Source: an uncultured Bacteroidaceae bacterium
GTDB lineage: Bacteria > Bacteroidota > Bacteroidia > Bacteroidales > P3
Assembly (NCBI GenBank): GCA_964474745.1
Contig: CAYYUE010000001.1
Coordinates: 1 to 43,988 of the forward strand
Direction of reading: 5' to 3'
DNA: 43,988 bases
Below the pieces are notes generated by a model. The model had not been told where the DNA came from. It did no database searches and saw only the letters and a list, made by a program, of their open reading frames with translations. Both the position numbers and the translations under genes were made by a program. This document shows positions 38,311-43,988 of this stretch, one piece after another (positions within the stretch are counted from its first letter, which is position 1; each line of letters starts with the position of its first letter).

Positions 38311-38335
38311 TGTTTACATATCTTAATATCGTTTG

Positions 38336-38343
38336 CAAATTTA
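38336..38343 (-). promoter_or_regulatory. Bacteroidota -7 promoter box TAAATTTG for the cupin gene
   Basis: Reverse complement of CAAATTTA, 26 nt upstream of the ATG at 38310. Confidence 0.6.
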
Positions 38344-38348
38344 CGCAT

Positions 38349-38356
38349 TAATTTTG
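38349..38356 (+). promoter_or_regulatory. candidate -7 promoter box TAATTTTG for the debranching enzyme gene
   Basis: TAnnTTTG match, back to back with the divergent cupin promoter and 147 nt upstream of the ATG at 38503. Confidence 0.4.
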
Positions 38357-38502
38357 AATACATATGCCTTATATAGAATAACGTATTGGGATTGTTGTAT
38401 ACAATTTTATAATGTAAACCATTCTATGAGAAGGAATTCTTTTTTTGATAGAACCAACTTTATATAAAAGTTGTTATAGATAAACCCTTAAAATTCGGTA
38501 TT

Positions 38503-40440
38503 ATGAGTTACTTATGTCTACATGCTGACATGTTGTCCAATAGACAAACATTGATGAGCAAGGAATTATTGCTGAGCAATCGGTTCGGTGGTTATTACAA
38601 TACTACCGCGGTACAATGCAACACCCGGAAGTATCATGGATTATTGGTTGTACCTCAATTGCAAATTGATGATGATAATCATGTGTTGCTTTCGTGTATG
38701 AATGAGACTCTTGTCGATCATCATAAATCTGTCGGTTTACATACCATGCTTTTCCCGGACAAAGTAGTCGTTCCCGATTTGTGTGCCGATATAGAAAAGC
38801 TTGATGTATCGCCGATAATACAGTATGTTTATCGATTTGAGAACATTCAGTTACAAAAAGATATATTTTTGGTTCCTAATCAATCACAACTTCTTGTACG
38901 GTATCAGGTTTTGAACTCACCCGGTCCGATTACCTTACAGTTAAGGCCTTTTTTCGCTTTTCGAAATGTGCACCGTCTTTCACGTTACAGTGACGGAATT
39001 CAACCCCGTGTGGAAAACGTACAAAACGGAGTGTGTGTACAGATGTATTCCAATTATAGTAACGTATATATGCAATCCTCCTTAAATCCCATATTTTACT
39101 ATGCACCCGATTGGTGGTACCGGGTATATTATCCTGAAGAAGAAAAACGTGGTTACGATTGCTATGAAGATCTTTTTACGCCGGGACAATTGGAGTATTC
39201 GCTCAAAAATGGAGATATTCTTTTTGTATCCGCTGCGCTGGACCCTGTTGATCCTTCATTGATTCATAACAGGTTTACAAAAGAATGTTTACATATACCC
39301 GAAGTTACTTCGACGGAGTCTGCATTATTGGCGGCATCTGAACAATTTATTGTTCGGAAAGACGAACAACGGGTTTATATTAAGGCCGGTTTTCCATGGT
39401 TTGGAAATTGGGGGCGCGATACTTTTATCGCTTTACCCGGATTGACAATACATCAACCTGAAGTTTGCCGACAGGTTATAGATACATTAATCCCGTATTT
39501 GCATAATGGACTTTTCCCAAATATGGAATCGAATGCCGAAAGCAGCTATAACGGAGCCGACACTTCTCTCTGGTTTTTCTGGACCCTGCAACAGTACACC
39601 GAAATGACCAAAACTCATCACTTGATATGGGAGGTATATGGTCCCGTATGCAAACAGATACTGGATAGTTACAAAAACGGAACTTTATTTAATATTCATG
39701 CCAACAAAGACGGACTTATATGGCAAGGCGAAAAAGGAAAGGCTTTGACATGGATGGACGCTGTTGTTGACGGGAAGCCCGTAACTCAGCGAGAGGGTTA
39801 TGCAGTGGAAATAAATGCGTTGTGGTATAATGCAATTATGTTTTCGTTAGAAATGGCAACATGGATTAATGATGAAAAATTTATCGAAGAATGGATCGAT
39901 TTGGCTGATCATTTCCCGGATCATTTTGTAGACATGTTTTGGGATAAAGATCATGGATATTTAGCCGATTGTGTACATGAAAACGATAAGGATTTTTCGG
40001 TGCGTCCGAATATGATTTTTGCCGTTTCATTACCCTATTCACCCATTGGGAAAAAAATACGTCAATTAGTTGTGGAAAAAGTAAAATACGAACTATTGAC
40101 ACCTAGAGGATTACGTTCGTTATCTCCCAACGAAGCACAATACCATGGATATTACGAAGGCGGGCAACGTGAACGCGATGAGGCTTATCATCAAGGTACC
40201 GCGTGGATGTGGTTACTAGGGCATTTTGCAGAAGCGTACTTAAAAGTTTATGAAGCTGATGGCAAAGATTTTATAAAAGAGTTGTACCAAAACATAGCTC
40301 CAGCACTCAAAGATATTTGCATAGGTTCATTGTCGGAAATAAGCGATGGAAACCCTCCTTATGAATCAAAAGGAGCTATAGCTCAAGCATGGAGCGTTGC
40401 GGAGGTGTTAAGGATGGAGGCTTTATTGAAAAAATATTAG
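38503..40440 (+). CDS. glycogen debranching enzyme (GDE N-terminal domain plus amylo-alpha-1,6-glucosidase domain)
   Basis: 645 aa with TRKYHGLLV near the N-terminus, GFPWFGNWGRDTFIAL, and ADTSLWF and HQGTAWMWLLG segments typical of the GDE_C family. Confidence 0.85.
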   Translation: MSYLCLHADMLSNRQTLMSKELLLSNRFGGYYNTTAVQCNTRKYHGLLVVPQLQIDDDNHVLLSCMNETLVDHHKSVGLHTMLFPDKVVVPDLCADIEKLDVSPIIQYVYRFENIQLQKDIFLVPNQSQLLVRYQVLNSPGPITLQLRPFFAFRNVHRLSRYSDGIQPRVENVQNGVCVQMYSNYSNVYMQSSLNPIFYYAPDWWYRVYYPEEEKRGYDCYEDLFTPGQLEYSLKNGDILFVSAALDPVDPSLIHNRFTKECLHIPEVTSTESALLAASEQFIVRKDEQRVYIKAGFPWFGNWGRDTFIALPGLTIHQPEVCRQVIDTLIPYLHNGLFPNMESNAESSYNGADTSLWFFWTLQQYTEMTKTHHLIWEVYGPVCKQILDSYKNGTLFNIHANKDGLIWQGEKGKALTWMDAVVDGKPVTQREGYAVEINALWYNAIMFSLEMATWINDEKFIEEWIDLADHFPDHFVDMFWDKDHGYLADCVHENDKDFSVRPNMIFAVSLPYSPIGKKIRQLVVEKVKYELLTPRGLRSLSPNEAQYHGYYEGGQRERDEAYHQGTAWMWLLGHFAEAYLKVYEADGKDFIKELYQNIAPALKDICIGSLSEISDGNPPYESKGAIAQAWSVAEVLRMEALLKKY

Positions 40441-40453
40441 CTGAATAAATAAA

Positions 40454-41848
40454 TTATTTTGTTGTTTGTAAAATCCATTTTGTAATAAATTCTAATGCTT
40501 CTTTTGAAAAGGTTTCTTTGATGATAATATATTCTTCAACAGAGCCCTTTTCACAATTCTGAAACATATGGTTTAGATTTGGAAAAATATGAGAATCGGC
40601 TTTCCCTTGAGTACATAGTGTAATGGCCTCAATGTTTTCGTTGGCCAATACCTGCGAATCTTTGCCGCCGTTTATTGCTAAAATAGGGCATTTTGTTTTT
40701 TTCAGATAGGGGCAGGGGTCAAGTGTGAGAAAAGTTCTCATCCATTTATTTTGCAGTTGTGTAGCCAATGCAAATACTTCGTTTGGAGAAAAACCGATGG
40801 CGCTACGTTGAGCTTTTGTAAGCGTTTGGGTATGTTTTTTGACCACTTTATCAAACGTATTATAGGCATTGGTAGTTGTCAATGTATCGAGTATGTCAAA
40901 AAGTTCCGAAAGAACGGTTATGCGAATTTTTATAAGCGAATCCGGAGTATCGTTAAGTGAGAAAAAAGCTTCGTTCTGAAGGAGCAACGTTTGTTTGCCA
41001 TCCATTCCGGGGCCTGCTAACAATACAATAAAAGCTGTATGTTTATTCTGTGACGCTACAATAGGTGCAATGGCTCCTCCTTCGCTGTGTCCCATAATCC
41101 CAATTTTCTTTTTGTTGATTCTGGGGTGCGACCGTAGGTATTGTATTGCCGCATTTGCATCGCCGGCAAAATCTAATGTGGTTGACGATAGAAAATTACC
41201 CGTCGATTTGCCTACACCGCGATCATCGTACCGCAGTACTGCAATGCCGTTGCGAGTCAGATAATCGGCAATAACTTTAAAAGGCTTGTGTTTGAAAATT
41301 TCTTCGTCGCGATTTTGAGCACCGGAACCCGACACCAGTATAACAGCAGGAAAAGAATTCCCTTTCTCCGGATATGTAAGAGTACCCGATAACGTGACAT
41401 CGGCTTCTCCATTTTGAAAAACAACATCTTCTTCTATGTATGAATATGGGGGCGCAGGTTCTTGCGGTCGTGAAATAGTAAATAATGAATCGGAAGGAGT
41501 TAATAAAATGGAAAATTTATTGCCTCGTTGCTTTATTGTACCCGAAAAAGTAGAATCGGAACGTTGGTAAATCCATAAAATATGTAGTCCTATATTGCTA
41601 ACTTCTACAGATAACGTGTCGTTTGCAAATTGAAACTTGGAAGGAATTATTTTTTCATTGCTTTGCAAAGGACTGCGTAGAATCGGAACCAAAAATTCGG
41701 CGGAATCGTATTCAAATGTTAATGTCATCGGCATGTGAATTCCAGATGCGATACCCATCCAATAACGGTTTGTAAATTCATTTTGAGCATAAATCATTTG
41801 CCATAAGGAAAAGAAGCAAATAATAAAAAGGACATGTTTTTTCTTCAT
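40454..41848 (-). CDS. secreted alpha/beta-fold hydrolase (serine hydrolase)
   Basis: Nucleophile elbow GHSEGG and signal peptide MKKKHVLFIICFFSLWQMIYA. Start trimmed to the ATG at 41848, which has a -7 box 26 nt upstream. The longer model would overlap the purE promoter. Confidence 0.75.
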   Translation of the reverse strand: MKKKHVLFIICFFSLWQMIYAQNEFTNRYWMGIASGIHMPMTLTFEYDSAEFLVPILRSPLQSNEKIIPSKFQFANDTLSVEVSNIGLHILWIYQRSDSTFSGTIKQRGNKFSILLTPSDSLFTISRPQEPAPPYSYIEEDVVFQNGEADVTLSGTLTYPEKGNSFPAVILVSGSGAQNRDEEIFKHKPFKVIADYLTRNGIAVLRYDDRGVGKSTGNFLSSTTLDFAGDANAAIQYLRSHPRINKKKIGIMGHSEGGAIAPIVASQNKHTAFIVLLAGPGMDGKQTLLLQNEAFFSLNDTPDSLIKIRITVLSELFDILDTLTTTNAYNTFDKVVKKHTQTLTKAQRSAIGFSPNEVFALATQLQNKWMRTFLTLDPCPYLKKTKCPILAINGGKDSQVLANENIEAITLCTQGKADSHIFPNLNHMFQNCEKGSVEEYIIIKETFSKEALEFITKWILQTTK

Positions 41849-41873
41849 TGATTTTTGAGCATTTTTATGATTA

Positions 41874-41881
41874 CAAAAGTA
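41874..41881 (-). promoter_or_regulatory. Bacteroidota -7 promoter box TACTTTTG
   Basis: Reverse complement of CAAAAGTA, 26 nt upstream of the ATG at 41848. Confidence 0.55.
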
Positions 41882-41978
41882 CGGTTTTTTTTGAATATGA
41901 GATGGAGAGAGAGTTTTATCTTGTTTTGCGTTTTTTCGATTGTATTTTATATTTGTAAAAATAATTTGGAAATATTTG

Positions 41979-41986
41979 TATTTTTG
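41979..41986 (+). promoter_or_regulatory. Bacteroidota -7 promoter box TATTTTTG for purE
   Basis: TAnnTTTG match 53 nt upstream of the ATG at 42039. Confidence 0.5.
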
Positions 41987-42038
41987 CAGTCTTGAAAATG
42001 AAAACAAGTGGAATATTAATATATTGAAAATAGGCTAT

Positions 42039-42548
42039 ATGAATCCAAAAGTAAGTATTATAATGGGGAGTACATCGGATATGCCGGTAATGGAATCCGC
42101 ATGTAAGTTTTTTGATGAGATGGAAATTCCTTTCGAAGTGAATGCTCTCTCAGCGCATCGTACTCCGGATGAGGTGATTGAATTCGCAAAGAATGCGCAT
42201 GTTCGAGGTATTCAGGTTATTATTGCAGGTGCAGGAATGGCAGCTGCATTGCCCGGTGTTATTGCTGCCGAAACTCCGCTTCCTGTGATTGGCGTTCCTA
42301 TTAAAGGAAGTGTATTGGATGGATTGGATGCTGCTTTTTCTATTATGCAAATGCCTCCGGGGATACCTGTGGCTACAGTCGCAATTAATGGAGCTCAGAA
42401 TGCAGCTGTTCTCGCTTTGCAAATTATGGCTAACGGAGATGCTCGTTTGCAACAAAAAGTGATTGCTTACAAACAGGGATTGAAAAAGAAAATTGTAAAG
42501 GCCAATCAAGATTTGGCCGAGATTAAATTTCAATACAAAACCAATTAA
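42039..42548 (+). CDS. purE: 5-(carboxyamino)imidazole ribonucleotide mutase
   Basis: VSIIMGSTSD, SAHRTP and AGAGMAAALPGV motifs. Start trimmed to MNPKV. Confidence 0.9.
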   Translation: MNPKVSIIMGSTSDMPVMESACKFFDEMEIPFEVNALSAHRTPDEVIEFAKNAHVRGIQVIIAGAGMAAALPGVIAAETPLPVIGVPIKGSVLDGLDAAFSIMQMPPGIPVATVAINGAQNAAVLALQIMANGDARLQQKVIAYKQGLKKKIVKANQDLAEIKFQYKTN

Positions 42549-42613
42549 AATAATCCGATAGAGGTTTGTAGATACTGATTATTTACATATCAAGATCGTT
42601 AATAGAAAAACGT

Positions 42614-43168
42614 ATGATAACGATAGGAATAACGGGTACATTGGGAGCTGGAAAAGGTACTATAGTGGATTATTTGGTAGCTCAAAAAGGATTTGTTCAC
42701 TTTTCGGTACGAGATTTTATAACGAAAGAAATTATACGAAGAGGTATGCCTGTAAACAGAGATTCGATGACGATTGTCGGAAATGCATTGCGTGCCGAGC
42801 ATTCTCCATCGTATATTACGGATATGCTTTATATTCAAGCTCAACAATCGGGAAAAAACTGTATAATAGAAAGTGTACGAACCCCTTATGAAGTGGCTCA
42901 GCTTCGTATTCAACCTCATTTTTATCTGTTTGCAGTAGATGCTGATCCTGAAATTCGATATCAACGTATTGTATTGCGGGGTTCATCTACCGATCATGTA
43001 TCGTTTGAAACATTTCTTGCTAACGAGCAACGGGAAATGACATCAACCGATCCGAATAAGCAAAATATCAAAGCTTGCATGGAGCAAGCGGATTATGTAT
43101 TTTGTAATAACGGAAAAATAACCGATTTACATAGGGAAATAGAACAAGTGTTGAGTCGAATTGTATAA
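42614..43168 (+). CDS. P-loop nucleotide/nucleoside kinase-like protein
   Basis: 184 aa. Walker A GITGTLGAGKGT at the N-terminus. Size and layout resemble small NMP/dephospho-CoA-kinase-like enzymes. Substrate is not inferable. Confidence 0.5.
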   Translation: MITIGITGTLGAGKGTIVDYLVAQKGFVHFSVRDFITKEIIRRGMPVNRDSMTIVGNALRAEHSPSYITDMLYIQAQQSGKNCIIESVRTPYEVAQLRIQPHFYLFAVDADPEIRYQRIVLRGSSTDHVSFETFLANEQREMTSTDPNKQNIKACMEQADYVFCNNGKITDLHREIEQVLSRIV

Positions 43169-43216
43169 AAAATCACCCTCCTATATACAACTGTGTGTTT
43201 ATGTAGGATAAATAAT

Positions 43217-43714
43217 ATGGTTATGGAAGAAGTAGCATACAAACGTCCTTCGTGGGACGAATATTTTATGGAATTGGCTAATACTGCTTCGAAACGTGCA
43301 ACATGTGACCGCGGGCGCAGTGGGTGCGTAATTGTGAAAGACAAGCAAGTGTTGGTTACGGGATATGTAGGTTCTCCTACCGGATTGCCGCACTGTGACG
43401 AAGTGGGGCATCTTTTTAAACAGAGCATACATGCTGACGGGGCTATCACGAACCATTGCGTTCGAACTGTTCATGCGGAACAAAATGCTATTTGTCAGGC
43501 TGCAAGAAGAGGAATTGCTTTGGAAGGATCTACTTTATACTGTAGAATGACTCCTTGCCGGACTTGTGCTATGCTGATCATAAATTGTGGAATAAAGCGT
43601 GTTGTTTGCGAACGGAAATATCATAGTGGAAAAGAAAGTGAAGAAATGTTTGAGGAAGCAGGTATTCAACTGGATTTTTTTTATGATGAAGTACAACGGT
43701 ACGAAAATCAATAA
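43217..43714 (+). CDS. dCMP deaminase (ComEB-type, zinc-dependent)
   Basis: RPSWDEYFMELA start region, HAEQNAI and PCRTCA zinc-binding motifs. The ATG at 43217 is preferred over the GTG at 43193. Confidence 0.85.
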   Translation: MVMEEVAYKRPSWDEYFMELANTASKRATCDRGRSGCVIVKDKQVLVTGYVGSPTGLPHCDEVGHLFKQSIHADGAITNHCVRTVHAEQNAICQAARRGIALEGSTLYCRMTPCRTCAMLIINCGIKRVVCERKYHSGKESEEMFEEAGIQLDFFYDEVQRYENQ

Positions 43715-43789
43715 ATCATTATTTTTTTCATCTGATTTTTAATTGGGAGAATAAAGTTAGGTATATGGTAAGATATGATCATAAAAACA

Positions 43790-43823
43790 GAAGCTCTTGC
43801 TGTGAAACAAGAGCTTTTTTTTG
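43790..43823 (+). terminator. rho-independent terminator after the dCMP deaminase gene
   Basis: Stem AAGCTCTTG/CAAGAGCTT with an 8-nt loop, followed by a run of 7 T. Confidence 0.8.
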
Positions 43824-43988
43824 ATTTGCAGTTCCGGTGTTAATTGTAAAAATAAATATTGGGTTTCTATCTATATTTTTTGTTTAGTTTGTTCAGCTTC
43901 GTATAAATTAGTAAACTAATTTTTTACGTAATATTTTGTATAATTAGTTGTTTTTTTCCACCTTCGCTATCGACATCTATGTCTGGTA

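Noticed and set aside
41849-42038. N-terminal extensions of the hydrolase (to 42007) and purE (from 41940) ORF models
   Set aside because: The extensions overlap each other on opposite strands and cover each other's promoter boxes. Internal ATGs at 41848 and 42039 give a signal peptide and the canonical PurE N-terminus, respectively.

Overview
AT-rich 43,988-bp chromosomal window, most likely from a Bacteroidota (Bacteroidales-type) genome. Three things support this. TAnnTTTG -7 promoter boxes recur 20-90 nt upstream of many start codons. Shine-Dalgarno sequences are almost absent. The gene content fits: PPi-dependent phosphofructokinase, DUF4199, DUF2147, a TetR-controlled RND/TolC efflux set, and a short [FeFe]-hydrogenase-like gene. 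I can support about 38 CDS, mostly housekeeping: rlmD, a ZIP transporter, pfp, prmA, yggS, a hydrogenase cluster, a two-component pair, mfd, ybaN, a tetR-efflux operon, nfeD, trkAH, tag, fabG, a PagL-like gene, an envelope glycosyltransferase cluster, MBL/HD/cupin genes, a glycogen debranching enzyme, an alpha/beta hydrolase, purE, and a kinase plus dCMP deaminase pair. I found no rRNA, tRNA, CRISPR array, IS element, integrase or recognisable defence operon. The part that does not look ordinary is 26.4-29.5 kb, a 3.1-kb ORF-poor patch inside an otherwise dense minus-strand gene train, where tag is the only intact gene. This patch holds a 25.7-copy head-to-tail array of a 22-bp unit (28841-29405) with variation confined to six positions. 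It also holds a perfect 44-bp palindrome (28229-28272), start-less open frames that look like gene remnants, and two tiny ORFs, one with a canonical AAGGAG ribosome-binding site that is atypical for this phylum. All family assignments come from motifs read by eye. No searches or computations were run, so they are provisional.
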